A stretch of 64,000 bases of DNA from Phaeosaccion multiseriatum (GCA_965112735.1 OZ218954.1:2418001-2482000), one strand, 5' to 3'. Numbered from the stretch's first letter, positions 1-13,967 are shown. The notes: generated by a model from the sequence alone, not told the origin. Translations and numbers: made by a program.

Positions 1-156
1 GAGCGTGGGTCCCGACCATTTACAAACACACCACGTGGAGATAAAGTCAACTTCTTTCCATTTTTGAGGCTTTGTACTTACCTCGCACCCAATCACCACT
101 CCCTCACACTCCTCATGATCCTCACGCACACCCTCGCACGAAACGTGGCCGAAAGT

Positions 157-402
157 TCGACCACTGACGTGCTATCGACCACAGTCTCGATAGCATGATA
201 GCAGATAGCACGCCCCCAACAACCCCCCCCCCCCCCCAAAGGCCGGCTGACGTTGGCGATAGCAGATAGCACGCCGGCTGACGACGTTGACGACAGCAGA
301 TAGCACGCCGGCTGACGTTGGCGATAGCAAATAGCTGACGTTGGCGATAGCAAATAGCACGCCGGCTGGCGCCGGCGATGCAGGTAGCACGTCAGGGGTC
401 GA
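157..402. mobile_element. MITE, TCGA-CC(N)CTGACGTGCTA TIR family
   Basis: Ends TCGACCACTGACGTGCTATC ... GGTAGCACGTCAGGGGTCGA are inverted repeats. The interior is made of GATAGCA/GCCGGCTGACG subrepeats. Related copies occur elsewhere in the window. Confidence 0.75.
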
Positions 403-420
403 GAAAAGGGAGAGAAAAAA

Positions 421-612
<192 letters not shown>

Positions 613-772
613 CCCGCCCACAAATACAAACTCATTTTTTTCGGACATTCGATAGGTATCTTTTTCTCATCTTCCCGACGACCCTCTTCTTCTGCCGATG
701 CCTGGTACGTCTATGGCCAAGGACGAGTGAAAGCCTGCCATCTCCTTGCCGTTGTTTGTTTACCCTGACGGT

Positions 773-3043
773 ATGAGCCCTTCCGTATCAGCAGCGATAT
801 ACGACACGCCCCAATGGGCCGACCTCCGCGGCCATGTGGCCGAGGTGAAAGGCACACACCTCAGAGACCTCATGGCCGACGGAGAGCGCTGTGCGGCCTT
901 GACGGCGAGGCACGGAGACATCCTGCTGGATTACTCCAGGCAGCGAGTCACTGGCGGGACTCTGGTGAGAAAATGAAGGACTGGGAGCGTACAAAACGAG
1001 GTGTGCTCACATGATCGTTGCGTGGTACAGGACAGACTGTTTAGCCTCGCGGAGGCCGCCGGACTGGAGAAGAAGCGTGCCGACATGTTCTCTGGGCAGA
1101 AGATCAACTCCACGGAGAACCGAGCAGTGTTTCACATGGCGCTGAGGGCTCCGAGGGAGGCCACCATGTGTATCGACGGCGAGAACGTCGTCCCTTCCGT
1201 GTACGAGGTGCGCTTGTTTGCTGCGCGCGAATGACGTTCAGTCAGAGGATGCAGCTTCGACTAAACGGTTCCTCTCCTTTCCGACGCCCCCCAGACCCTG
1301 GACAAGATAAGCGACTTCGCCTCTCGCATGAGAAATGGGGAATTCACGGGTGCGACGGGAAAGCCTCTCAAGAACGTCATCTCTGTCGGGATTGGGGGCT
1401 CCTACCTCGGCCCGGAGTTCGTCTATGAGGCGCTCAGGACGGATGAGGAGGTAAGGATCGTGGGAATTGTTTTTCTGAGAGAGGTCGCTTTGTCCTGAAA
1501 CAATTGTGTCTCCCTTTGAAGGCTGCGACTGCCGCCTCAGGCCGTCGCCTGCGATTTTTGGCCAACGTCGATCCCCTCGACGTGGCGAGGGCGACAGAGG
1601 GCCTGGATCCCGAAGAGACGCTGGTGGTGGTTGTGTCCAAGACGTTTACCACCGCGGAGACGATGCTGAATGCTCGTACCCTCAAGAACTGGCTGCAGAC
1701 GAAGCTGGAGGTATGTAAGAGCCCGGAGGGCCGGAGCGAAGGCGGAGTGAGTGAGTGAGTGGGATAGGAGAGCGAGGAAGTTTGTGTGTTTTTTGTCCCT
1801 TACCCCAACTTTGAACCATTGATCGTGCAGGGTATGGCTGCTCCCGAGACCATTTCCAGGCACCACATTGTGGCGGTATCGACCAGCATAGAAAAGTGCC
1901 AGGCCTTTGGGGTGGACGCAAGCAATATATTCGGGTTCTGGGACTGGGTGGGAGGGCGCTATTCCGTCTGCTCCGCCGTCGGTGTGTTCCCTCTGGCCCT
2001 CCATTTCGGATTCGACGTGCTGGCGTCCTTCCTGGCCGGGGCCAACGACATGGATGAGCACTTCAAGGAGGCCCCCATGCGGGAAAACCTTCCCGTGCTG
2101 TTGGGGCTTCTGGGAGTGTGGAACAGCACCTTCTTGGGGTACAAGTCTCGCGCCCTGCTGCCGTACTCGCAGGCTCTGCTGCGATTCGCTGCGCATATTC
2201 AGCAGGTTTGTTTACATGGGTTCTTGCACTCATGCTGCTCTGCTCCTGCCTCTACCTTTCTCGAAGCTCTCTGACACCCCACTGCTTGCCTCCACAGGTC
2301 GACATGGAAAGTAACGGAAAGCGTGTGGCCGTGGACGGCACTGAACTCCCCTTCGACGCTGGGGAAGTGGACTTTGGTGAACCCGGCACCAATGGGCAGC
2401 ACTCGTTCTATCAACTCCTGCACCAGGGCCAGACAGTGCCAGCCGACTTTTTGGGCTTTTGCCAATCTCCTGCTCCCATCTCCATGGAGGGAGAGGCTGT
2501 CAGCAATCACGACGAGCTCATGAGCAACTTTTTTGCGCAGCCTGACGCTCTGGCCTACGGGAAAACCACGACAGAGCTGGAAGCGGAAGGAGTGCCGGAG
2601 GCACTTCGCCCTCATAAGGTACTTTTATGGACTGGAAGTTCAAAGTGGTGTCTTTGAGCGCTCTCCGCTGACCAGGCGTTTGTCTGCCTGCTGAAAATGT
2701 CTCCTCCCTTTCGAAACCACAGGTCTTTTCCGGGAACAGGCCCTCCTCTTCAATCTTGTTCTCCAAATTGAACGCCTTCAGTGTCGGCCAGCTGCTTGCC
2801 CTCTACGAGCATCGAACGGCTGTCCAAGGTTTCGTGTGGGGTCTTAACAGCTTCGATCAGTGGGGAGTGGAGCTTGGCAAGGTGTTGGCGACAAAGGTTC
2901 GCTCTCAGCTGCAGTCCTCCAGAAAGGAAGGGGCAGAGGTTTCGGGATTCAACGCATCGACCTCTGCCATGCTCCAGCACTATTTGGCTGCTGTCACGCC
3001 CGCCAAAGCCGCGGCTGAGCCCTCTATGGCAGGTGCTGTCTAA
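773..3043 (+). CDS. GPI: Glucose-6-phosphate isomerase (cytosolic type), 7 exons
   Basis: Motifs [77 protein letters not shown] and [11 protein letters not shown] across GT-AG exons. Introns at about 965-1030, 1209-1294, 1451-1521, 1711-1830, 2206-2297 and 2619-2722. Confidence 0.96.
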
Positions 3044-3088
3044 CTGAGGTGTTCATAAGATCACTGGCTTAATTACAGTTTGCGTTTC

Positions 3089-4390
3089 TTAACCTGGTCT
3101 TGTGACGTCATCTAGCACGGAAGGAAATACGTCCAAGCCTGCTGCTTGTCTACTTGCGCCATTCGCTCCCGCTCCGCGCCCGCCCTTTGTCTGGGCTTCG
3201 AGGGCTCGTATTTTGGTCCGTGTATTCTCTAGCTTCTCCTGCAGTTGGGCCTTCGCGATTCCTAGTCTCTGGCCCTCTTCTTTGATATCATACATGCGTC
3301 GTTTGGTCTGGGTTGGTAAGGGGGTGTGGAGTGCATGGGGGTGGGGGACTTGGTGATGGACATGGTGCGTAAAACGGGGGCGAAGAATCGGTCCTACCTG
3401 CAGTTGTGTCTCTTCCGACGTGTTCTTCTCTTCGCCTGGCTGCACCAGGCTCTCGCTTCGGCGAACCCACATCTCCATGGTCAGGTTCAGAACGTCGAGT
3501 CGTTCGTTCACCTAGTTGGTGATCCCAATCCGCATCGTTTCGTCAAGGTCTGAACACGCGAGAGAGGTGCAGTCTAAAGCCCCCAACTTACCGCAGCAAT
3601 GTCCTCTTCGATAGCTCGCTGTGTCTCCTGTAGCACCCCGAGACGCTGCTGGAATGGAGCGTTCATCCTGCTGCTGTTGTTGTTGTTGTTGTTGTTGTTA
3701 TTGTTGTTACTGGTCTTGTTGCTGCTATTGTTGTTCATGTTGTTCCGAGCCCCCTTGTTACCGGCACTCCCGCGAGAATACTTCACAGGGTCCCTCCTTT
3801 GCCCCATAGACGCACCCATCTGTCTCTTGACAGTAGAAGGCTCGTACTGCTCCAGCAGGTCCTGAAAATTCACCGCCGGGACGAAGTCGTCGTCATCGTC
3901 ATCGAAGCCAGCGCCGTACCAAAATAGCGCGTTGTAGAAGCCAGTGAGCCACTCAACCAAGCTCCCATTCGAGGATTTCCTTTTCTTCCTTGGTCGTACT
4001 CTCCGACTCGCGACCATGTCGTCGAAGTCCACATCCCTCCCTCTGTATCTTGCTCTAGTTTGGTCTGATACAGGCCTTCGGCTGTTGTTGCTGCGGTTCC
4101 CTTCCGCACCACTATTTCCCATGTTGCTCCTGCCCCTCTGCCTCCTGCGCCCAGCCGCGTCGCTTCGGTCTTCTTGAGGCCCGGCCCGGCCATCCTGCTC
4201 CTGCGGCGGCGGCGGTGGCGACTGCTGAGGCTTGGAACTACTACTGCTGCTGCTGGCGGCAGAATTCCGCCATCTTATTCGTCCCGCCTCACTCTGAACA
4301 ATCTCCTCTCGTCGGCTGCCGCTCCTGCTTCTCCTGCTGCCGCTCCTCTCGGCGTGTAGCTTCCCTCTTCCCCTTGGTCCCTCACCCCCA

Positions 4391-4423
<33 letters not shown>

Positions 4424-4536
4424 CCGTGCCGTCGTGTGCTCACCTGCGATCCGTATACCAGCGGGGAGAAGGCTTCACATCTGCCCATTATGCCCACAAG
4501 TAAGATAGCCACCTGAGCATTGGTCGTCCGCCCCAT
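3089..4536 (-). CDS. Hypothetical protein, probable plastid-targeted (signal peptide then CEA-F-SP), low-complexity with C-terminal coiled coil
   Basis: ORF 3574-4536 plus downstream spliced ORF 3089-3511, with GT-AG sites. No recognisable family. Confidence 0.6.
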
Positions 4537-4757
4537 TTTATCAGCTCACAGAGACCTTATCAAGCCCAATCAAACACCGATACCGCCAGCAGCGTCTGCA
4601 CGGACTAGACCTTCCCCAACCGAAAAAGACACAGTCAGCCTATTGGGGAGAGATACTCGTGTAGATTGCTTGTAGGGTCGGGGGTGGAGAGGGCCGAAGA
4701 AGCTGAAACTGTGTTGGCCTTCCAGGTGGTGTTGTTGGAGGGGAAGGGAAAAAAAAT

Positions 4758-5181
4758 ATGCGTGCCTCGCACCTGTTGATTAAACACTCCGGATCCAGGA
4801 GATGTGCGTCCTGGAAGGACCCTGAGGGAGTCGAGATCAAGCAACGGTCCAAGGTGCGTACGATAGAAAACCTTTTATTCCCCCCTTCTCCCTTGGTCTC
4901 CAACTCTTGCTCTTGTACTCTTGTTGATGCTCCTTCAGGAGCAAGCAATCTCCATGCTGCAAGATCTGAAAGCGCAGATCGGCTCGCCAGAGGACTTTGC
5001 CAAGGTGGCACAGATTAACAGCGACTGCAGCTCGGCGAACGCGGGGGGCGACTTGGGAGAGTTTGGACAGGGACAGATGCAAAAACCTTTTGAAGACGCG
5101 ACGCTCGCGCTGGCTGTGGGGGAAATATCTGGCGTTGTAGACACGGAGTCAGGAGTGCACATCATCCTGAGGACAGGCTGA
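4758..5181 (+). CDS. PIN1: Pin1-type parvulin peptidyl-prolyl isomerase without WW domain
   Basis: RASHLLIKHSGSRRCASWKDPEG ... SDCSSANAGGDLGEFGQGQMQKPFEDATLALAVGEISGVVDTESGVHIILRTG. One intron at 4854-4938. Confidence 0.9.
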
Positions 5182-5469
5182 TTTCAATTCAAACCACAAT
5201 GATATACAATCTCTATTTTTGGGACTGCTGCGCAAGGCAGTATCGCGTTAGGGGAGCTAGTACCGTTCTTCTGGGGTCGCTTCCTCTGCATGTCCATAGT
5301 TGACCTCCGAGGAGAGAGGCCCTCGTTTGCTTGAGGTCGTCTTCCCCCTTCCGCATTGTGTGAAATGAAATGAAACCCTTGTGTTCCTTCACCGGTGGTT
5401 CATTGTGCCTGGCAAGACGCGCGGCAAGTAAGATTCGAGTGTAGTTCGCATCCGCCCCGTCTCCAGTCG

Positions 5470-6550
<1,081 letters not shown>

Positions 6551-7040
6551 GGTCAATTATTTTTGCATCAGTGTTGTAAACAGTTCCAGTTTCAGTTTGG
6601 GGGAGGGGATCGATATTGGATTCGATATCAACATTGACGGGGCCGAGATGGGAGAAAGGTAACAAATATGTAGAACCGCTCCTTCGAATAGACACAAAAG
6701 GAAGGTTTAGGTTTGGTTAAGAGAAAAAAAGGAGAGGAGATGGCCCCGCCACCCTCCCTAGCCCTGCCACACATTCTCAGCAACCACACACACGTTCTTC
6801 CCTCTCCGCGCCCCCCCCCCTCTGGCCGTCATCAACCCCGCAGAGGTTGTGGCCCCTCTCGCGGGCTCTCGTGGTGTACGGCCGCCACAAGTCCCCTGCT
6901 CCGCTGTCCTCTCCTTACAAATCGTACGTGGGAAGGCAGGGAATTATCTGGTGAAGGGGGAGAGGATAGCAGCATGTGATGCGGTGCAGTCCCCCAGTTC
7001 TAGTGATTCTCGTGATAGACAGTGAGTGCTTCGGGGTCCC

Positions 7041-8267
7041 TCAGAGAAGGTCCTCTGCGGCAAGGCCAAGGCCCAAAAGGTTCCTGGGTACTCCTTGCCT
7101 TTCGCGCACCTCGCGGATGAGAGTGGAGGGATTCGAAGCCGTGCACAGACTGCGACCGAATACCACGGCGTCATATCCCACGTCCGCAAGCTCCTTGCAT
7201 TGAGACGCGCTCTCCAACCCGCCCCCGGCAAGAGTGACAACCTCGTTCGGGATGAGTCTCCTCAGACTTTTAGCTTGTTTCTCATGCAGCTGGCCCGTAA
7301 TCCTGTCCCAATTATTCACCATGATGCACTGGCAGCCATATTCAAGGACCTTCTCGCACTCCGTGGGAGTGTGCACCTGCTTGAAAATAGGAGCAACACG
7401 TGAGGCAGCAGAGACGAGCAGAAGATAGGCACACTTAGTCGGGGCTCTTCTTAAACACCCGGTATGGACATCAGCCCCGAACGCGTACACAGACACACAC
7501 ACACACACAAGCCACTTGACCAGATGACTTGCCTCGACGATGGACTCGATCCCCACTGTGGTGCACACGCTCATGATGTCTTCCAAGAGGGGGCCCAGAA
7601 CACACGCCAGCAAGACTACTCCAGAGGCGCCGTGCTCTGCCGCAAGAGCTATCTGCATGGGGTGCAGAATGATATCCTTCATGACAACAGGTGGGGCGTC
7701 TGTGCGGCCGACTGCCTTGACCACGTCGTCGAGGTCCTCCATGCTCCCTCCGTAGCTCGAAAAGTCAGTGTTGACAAAGAGTGCGTCCGCTCCTGCCCGG
7801 ACCAAAGACTTGCCTACCCTACCCGGGTCCTGAAAAGAAACGACTTCCCTGGGAAGCTGCTTAGCTGTAGGAGAGCGCCGCTTGATGTCCGCCACCACCG
7901 CCAGCTGGTGCGCGTCTGCCAAGTCCGTACTGCGCCGCAGAGCTCGCCGCAAGCGGTAGGAGCTCTCCTCCGCCACATACTCGAGCCTCATCTTCACATC
8001 CATATTGTCGACATCATCGAGGGTGCTGCTGAGGCGGTCAACTTCCTGCTGCTTGCGGTACACGGTGGCCATGAGGTCGTTCCACTGCTGCGCTTTCAAT
8101 CTCGCTTGCCCTTCTCCACCGCAAGGCCTCACGCGCTTCTTCCCCGGCGAGCCTCCGCATCTTTGCTTCGCACCTCCCCGCAGTAAAGAGGACTGCTTCA
8201 CTGAGGGGGGGGGTGGAACAAAGCACAAAGTCGGGCAGAAAAGAGCCGCGAAAAGAAGACAACGCAT
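7041..8267 (-). CDS. Indole-3-glycerol phosphate synthase-like TIM-barrel protein, plastid-targeted, divergent active site
   Basis: VVADIKRRSP, YGGSMEDL, PVVMKDIILHPMQIALAAEHGASGVVL, IVE-VHT, VNN and GYDAVVFG. Signal peptide then LC-F-VP. In-frame GC-AG intron at 7377-7532. Confidence 0.85.
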   Translation of the reverse strand: MRCLLFAALFCPTLCFVPPPPSVKQSSLLRGGAKQRCGGSPGKKRVRPCGGEGQARLKAQQWNDLMATVYRKQQEVDRLSSTLDDVDNMDVKMRLEYVAEESSYRLRRALRRSTDLADAHQLAVVADIKRRSPTAKQLPREVVSFQDPGRVGKSLVRAGADALFVNTDFSSYGGSMEDLDDVVKAVGRTDAPPVVMKDIILHPMQIALAAEHGASGVVLLACVLGPLLEDIMSVCTTVGIESIVEASHLVKWLVCVCVSVYAFGADVHTGCLRRAPTKCAYLLLVSAASRVAPIFKQVHTPTECEKVLEYGCQCIMVNNWDRITGQLHEKQAKSLRRLIPNEVVTLAGGGLESASQCKELADVGYDAVVFGRSLCTASNPSTLIREVRERQGVPRNLLGLGLAAEDLL

Positions 8268-8408
8268 CCGGGAGGAAGTGGAAAGGGAGGGAAAGAAAGG
8301 GGGGCAAAGTCTCTTCGCTTGTTGTAATCCACTAGCCAGTCGCCAGTTGTGGTAGCTTCGATATTCCTTCTTTTTGTGTTTATTTTATTTTTTATTATAT
8401 TATTTACA

Positions 8409-8785
8409 TCACGCTGGCCCCATGAACAATGAAGTGAGCATTGATGCCTCCTCAGACCCAAAGTCGCTAAAATCGCCCATGCCTTCTAGTGGAGTACTTC
8501 CAGCAGGAGGAGGAAACTGTGATTGGCAAGGCACAGACTGGCTCATGTCCGCGCCTGACAAACGTTGCTGCTGCTGCTGCTGGTGCTGCTGGTGCTGGTA
8601 CTGCTGTTGCTGCCGACCCGCGCCCAAGCTGCTTACCGTGTCGAACACCGTGGTCAGATCACCAAAGTTCTCACCCCCGTAGTAACCGACACACAGCCTC
8701 TTTGTGCCGCCTTCTCCACGGCTGCTGCAAGTGCCACCACCCCCGCCACGAGTCGCTGCTGCTGCTCCTGCTGCAGCTGGTGGTG

Positions 8786-8818
<33 letters not shown>

Positions 8819-10922
8819 GTGGTGGTGGTGGTGGTCCCGAGAGGGGATTTGTGAAAGCTCCAGAAGCCAGACTGAGATGCGACGACTTGCCTCCGCTCCC
8901 CTGTAATGCTGCTGATGGTATACGCACCTCTTGCTCATCGTCGCTGTCCAGCGACAGATCTATCGGCTCCATAGAAGACGCTGCTCTTTTCTCTGGAAAA
9001 GTGGGCTTTCCCACAGGTTGCTTCTTCTCTCCCAAAGCTGAAACCTCGTCAACAGAGACCGCGGTCCCTGCAGCCCCCGTCGCCTCTCTTTGGATCTTGG
9101 ATGGTCCCTTTTTTGAAGACGCCTCTGTCAGTGCTCGCCAAGTCCCATCACTTCTTATTTCGATCTCCTCTACCTCCTTCAGCGCATCCTCCCCCAGACT
9201 CTGGTAGTAGGTAGCAGGAGCAGTAGGGACGTGTGTGTATGTGGATCAGGGGGGAAAGCGCAAGAAACTCGTCCAGATCTTTTCAAACACTTACCGAGAT
9301 CGCGTCGAAGAGAAACGTGTCCACGGTCACATCGGAAGGGTCGATTGGCATGTTGCACACTCCGCACTTCCAGGCGGCTCCGCTACACTTGCGGTTGAAG
9401 CTCAGAAACGTCTCCAGGTCAAAGCATTGTAAATGAGAGCACTTCAGCCCTCTACTCGGAACGCGAATGGGCACGAGTCCGAGTGAACACCGCAGAGACA
9501 AGCGTGTTGATGTTGCGACAAGCTCTTCGCCCTCGCCTTCATCATCATCGATGACACAGTTCTTGTGGAGAGGTTCCAGGAGGTGAAAAGAGGGAGGGAC
9601 AAATTACAAGAGCAGCCACGAACGAATTGGGGGTTCATCTATACGAACCTTGAAAGAGTTGCAGACGCGGGCCAGAGCCTCCTCTCTGCTGAGTCTTGGT
9701 CTAGCCAGAACGTCCTGCACAACCTGCTCCACCCCCACGATTCGCACCAGCTGCACAACAAAGGCGTAACTGTCCTCGTCCATGCAGTGCACCTGCAGCT
9801 TGTTTACACCCTCACGACAAAGCTGAAACACGTCCACGGGGTCGCAGCTGCCCTTCAGCTTGCGCTCCGTGCCCTGGAAAAACACCTTTCTCTGAGAGCA
9901 TGTGTGTGGGATGGGCAAGGAGTGGTTGGGGGCTTGAGTGCGTGCACCCCTACCACGAGAAGTCCAAGACTCTTCCCTCACCTGCTTGAGCTGCCCCCTC
10001 GAGTCGTTGACATGCAAGACAGTTTCCAGCGGCCACAGGTGCCAGTCTTGCGTCGTATCTGGCCTCTGCTTTTGAGCGGAAGAGCTGCGCAACTTGAACG
10101 CCCTCACTTGGGCGCAGATGGTATGCGGCTTCTCCCCCAACGGATCATCCGCCTGGCGCGAAAGAGCGATATCGTTGCAATCCTCCGCGGAGAGGGCAAA
10201 CTTGATGAGGCCCGCCTGCTTACCCATGCCACAGGGTCGAAGCCGAAAAGGTCCGCATAGTGTCTTGAGCACCCGCAGAAAGGGATTCTTCCGTGAACGC
10301 TCCAAGACGGAGCTGTCTGATTCTTCTAAAGTGCACAGCGAAAGATGAGCACTGTGAGCTGTGCCGGCATTTCCAGCTGCAGAAGGAAGAGCGTGCTGCG
10401 GACGGCCGTAGCAATTGGCAGGACCACCCTGGAGCACGTAGGCGTACGCCTTCCTGATGCTCTCAAGCGCTAGGGCCAGCCTCCTTTCGTTCACCGCAGT
10501 CTGTTGACCCAATGATAATTGACTGCAGCGAGGAAACGGATTGAGAGGGGCAGCGGCGGGGGGTTTGGGGGAAGAACGCAAGCGACTCACCTGACTAAGC
10601 TCGTAATATGTACACAAATGCGGTCCTGAAGCTCGTTCTTCCGCCCGGTGCGACTCAGTCCATTCTCAATCGAGACTCTTTCCAGTTCGCCCTTCCGCAG
10701 CTTCTTGAGCTGGCCTAATCGTAGACGATGTTGCTGAATTAACCCTTCAGTATGGCCTCCGAGTGCTCCTCCTCCTCCTCCTCCTCCTCCTCCTCCTCCT
10801 CCTAGTCCTCCCAGTCCTCTTGGCATCGCGGCTGCCCCCCCTGCTGCTGCCCCCCCCGCTGCTGCTCCTCCTACTACGGATTGTCCACTCCATCCAAAGG
10901 GCTGCCCCCCCCAGCCGTCCAT
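8409..10922 (-). CDS. Siz/PIAS-type SUMO E3 ligase (SAP, PINIT-like region, SP-RING, SIM)
   Basis: SAP LKKLRKGELERVSIENGLSRTGRKNELQDRI. SP-RING SLRCSLGLVPIRVPSRGLKCSHLQCFDLETFL...WKCGVC. SIM IDLSLDSDDE. Multi-exon. Confidence 0.88.
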
Positions 10923-11203
10923 AACGCGTACTCAACAACGCAAAGAAGCCGACGAATTCTGTCGGACCCGTCCTCCACCAGCAAGCAGGACCGGGGCAGA
11001 CAAGCGGAGACGAGACGGCATCAGCGAATCCCGTCCAGCGTGTGACCGGTGGAGAAACGCGGACGCTTTATTGCTTTTTTTGGCGACTCTCCTCTGCTAC
11101 GAGAGTGTCGGAGAGAGAGGGGGGGAATTGGGTATTCAGCACCACCCACCCAACTTTTCGTCTCACATCCACGCCGCCTCTTCGGGAGAGGGAGGCTTAA
11201 AGA

Positions 11204-12292
11204 ATGAAGAGGGGCGTTGCACTCGCAGCCTTGCAAAGCGTTGGTGTTGCCATGTTCACTACTGCTGCGGTGATGGGGTGTGGAAGGGTGGGGCAGTCAT
11301 GGATGGTGAACAGCGCGCGCGCAGCCAGGAGCACCAGCAAGGCCTTGTACAAGCGTCCACTTGGAGCCTTCTTGGGGCCGCCAGCATCTCTTCGCTTTAA
11401 TGCAGGGATTACCAGGTACGCTGTGTACTTCGTGGTGTTTTTCACTTCAAAACTCAAGGTTTGGGGCCTTTAATTGCTGTTCCGACAGACCGATGAGCGC
11501 CCCAGCAGCAGAGGCCGAAAAAGCGGGCGTTGTCGACGAGGAGATCGACCCAGGCGTCGTTCCGGGCACCGACTTGCGTGTGGTCAAGTACCCGCATCCT
11601 GCTCTGCGGGCCAAGAATGAGGAAGTAGTAGAGTTTGATGCGGAGGTGCAGAAGCTGGCGAAAGACATGTTCAAGGTGCGTGATGTGGGGCAGGCAGGAG
11701 CGGCAGGAGGGGACATCATACATCTTTCGCCTTGGCTTCACGTCTTCCCAATGCGCACCCTGTAGGTCATGTACGCCGCTCAAGGGGTCGGACTAGCTGC
11801 GCCTCAAGTAGGCAAGAATGTCCGCTTGATGGTGTTTAATCCTGACGGCGATCGGGCACGCTGGCTCAGCGAAACAACGCTGGTTAACCCTGTAATTGTG
11901 GCCAAGAGTAAAGGAACTGACGTGGATAGCGAAGCTTGTCTCTCCTTCCCCGGGATGACTGGTGATGTGGAGAGAAGTCTGTGGATTAAGGTGGAAGCGT
12001 TCAACTCGAAAGGCAAGAAGATTAAAAAGAAGTACGAAGGCTGGGAAGCCCGCGTTTTCCAGGTGAGCATTTTTAAGAAGAAGGGGAGGTTTAATTGGCT
12101 CTCCTATTGCGTGTTGCACCTGCACTAACGCGTGGAAGGCCCCCCCTCTCTCGTGTTGCCCCACCCCAGCACGAGTACGACCACCTCGATGGCGTGGTGT
12201 ACATCGACCACCTCTCCGCGGAGCACCGTGGGGTTGCGCAACCCGTGCTGGATGAACTGATCAGTGCACACGGCGAAGGCGCTGCTCTTTGA
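11204..12292 (+). CDS. Peptide deformylase (organellar, PDF1B-like)
   Basis: GVGLAAPQVG, EACLS and QHEYDHLDG motifs, with an N-terminal targeting extension. 4 exons; start position less certain. Confidence 0.92.
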
Positions 12293-13084
12293 TTGATCTC
12301 GAGGCTTTTCCGAAGCCAGCAAGGGTGTAGACGGCCCGCATGTGTTTCGAGGTACATGTACTTTATCCGGGCTGGCTCGCAGTTATCCCACGACGAGGGG
12401 AACCAAAGGCACGCAACCCCTCGTCTGTCCGTGAAAGGAGACCGATGAGCAGATGCATGCAGTACGGGCAACGGCTTTGTGACCCTGCCGTTTCGAAACA
12501 CGGTTAAGTCACAGACAGTATGGCTCGAGCGATGGGTTACCACATCTGGCGGTGATTTGGCAGAGGTTGGCCGAGACTCATTGGTGGGGGGTACTTTTTC
12601 GGTGATGTTTGCCTGATGGAGAGGGGCAATTGCTCGGTTCGGACTCAGTTCGCCTTGAGGTGCGTTGTCTTTTGGCCTCCTCCAAAGGAAGTGGCTGGTC
12701 TGTCAGAAGCCACACCCACCTCCACCCTCCTGTCGGACTCTCACGTTAAGAGTGTGGAGGTCATAGTCTGGCCAGCAGAAGAGCTTGGAGGAAGAGTGGA
12801 ATGGGGCAGGGTGGCCCAAAGGTCTTTGATGGTCAGACGAGCCGTGCACTTCACTTTGGACGAGCCCATCCAAGCCGCCACGCGGACGCAAGTGGCCTAT
12901 GGCCCTCTTCCACGTCAATGTAGAAACGAACGCACTAGAAACACGGAGCCGAATATAGCAAAGTCAGAGAGGGTCAGATAATACGTAAACGTATGCATTC
13001 CTTCAGCTCCACTGAGAATGAGAATGTATGTGGCCTTAGCGATGAGAGCCTCACCGTCTTCCGAGACGAAGCAGCCTGCGTTGT

Positions 13085-13260
13085 TTCGACCAGCGTACTG
13101 GCGGCCGGTCGGTAAGCAGGTAGCACGCCAGCTCACCGGCGGCAGAACGTAGCAGCTGCGGTAGAGCGTAGCAAGTAGCTCATGGCGGCGGTGGCAGGTG
13201 ATGGTTGGCCGGCCGGCCGGTCGGCCGGTATGCGATTCCATCCGCATTTCCGAGTCGAGA
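13085..13260. mobile_element. Degenerate/internal copy of the TCGA-CC MITE family
   Basis: TACTGGCGGCCGG...GCAGGTAGCAC...GGCGGTGGCAG...TGATGGTTGGCCGGCCGG matches the interiors of 34170-34479 and 36048-36289. Bounded by TCGA at both ends. Confidence 0.6.
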
Positions 13261-13310
13261 CTCTTCCTCCCTTTTCTCTTTTTCTTTTCTCGTACCTTAG
13301 TTTGCGCGCT

Positions 13311-13967
13311 ATGAGCGAGGAAAGGGCCAAGCGGTTGAGGGATTTGAAGCAGAGGGCGGAGTCTGCAAAGAGTGCCAGCAGCAGCGGCAGCGAAGCGGCA
13401 AGCACGACCCTCAAGTTCAGGAATTACAGGCCAGGCGAGGAGGTTCAGAAGCAGGGGGACGTTGAGGTCCTTCCCACTGTGCGACCGGCCGCCCACCTCG
13501 CTGGTGCGTACCATCGGATGGATATACCGTGATTTGAATACACGTGGGCCTCAATGAGTTTCGGCTGTGTTGCTGCTTGTATCGACATTTGTAGATGAGG
13601 GGGCAGGCCTTGGCGATGGAGAGTCGGGCGGCCACGTAGAGGCAGCAGGTGATGGGACGAGCATCCTTCGACGGGAGCTGGATAGAGTAAAGGTAAGGCC
13701 TCCGTCCCTCTGTCCTACTAACTGACTGCCAATTAACACGCGGGGCGGGGTGGATGTGCGGTCGTGGCTCGAATGGCGCAGGCAAATACGGACAGTTCAG
13801 TGCTGAATATTGCTCCGAACAAGGCCAACTGGGATCTGCAGCGAAACGTGGAGGGTAAGCTTAACAAACTGAACCGGCGAACACAGCGCGCGTTGGTGGA
13901 GATTCTACGGGAAAAGCTGAAGAGAGAGGCAGAAGAAGCAAGCTCAGATGAGGAGGAGGATGAGTAG
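13311..13967 (+). CDS. CCDC12: Cwf18/CCDC12 spliceosome-associated protein
   Basis: ERAKRLRDLK, LKFRNYRP and LNIAPNKANWDLQRNVEGKLNKLNRRTQRALVEILREKL. 3 exons. Confidence 0.9.

Noticed and set aside
240-395. Short repeats with variable spacing resembling a CRISPR array (also 34200-34470)
   Set aside because: No unique spacers of constant length, eukaryotic context, no cas genes; these are MITE internal subrepeats.
12300-13080. Short ORFs between PDF and CCDC12, and at 14015-14331 and 46045-46645
   Set aside because: No recognisable motifs or coherent exon structure; low complexity or noncoding.
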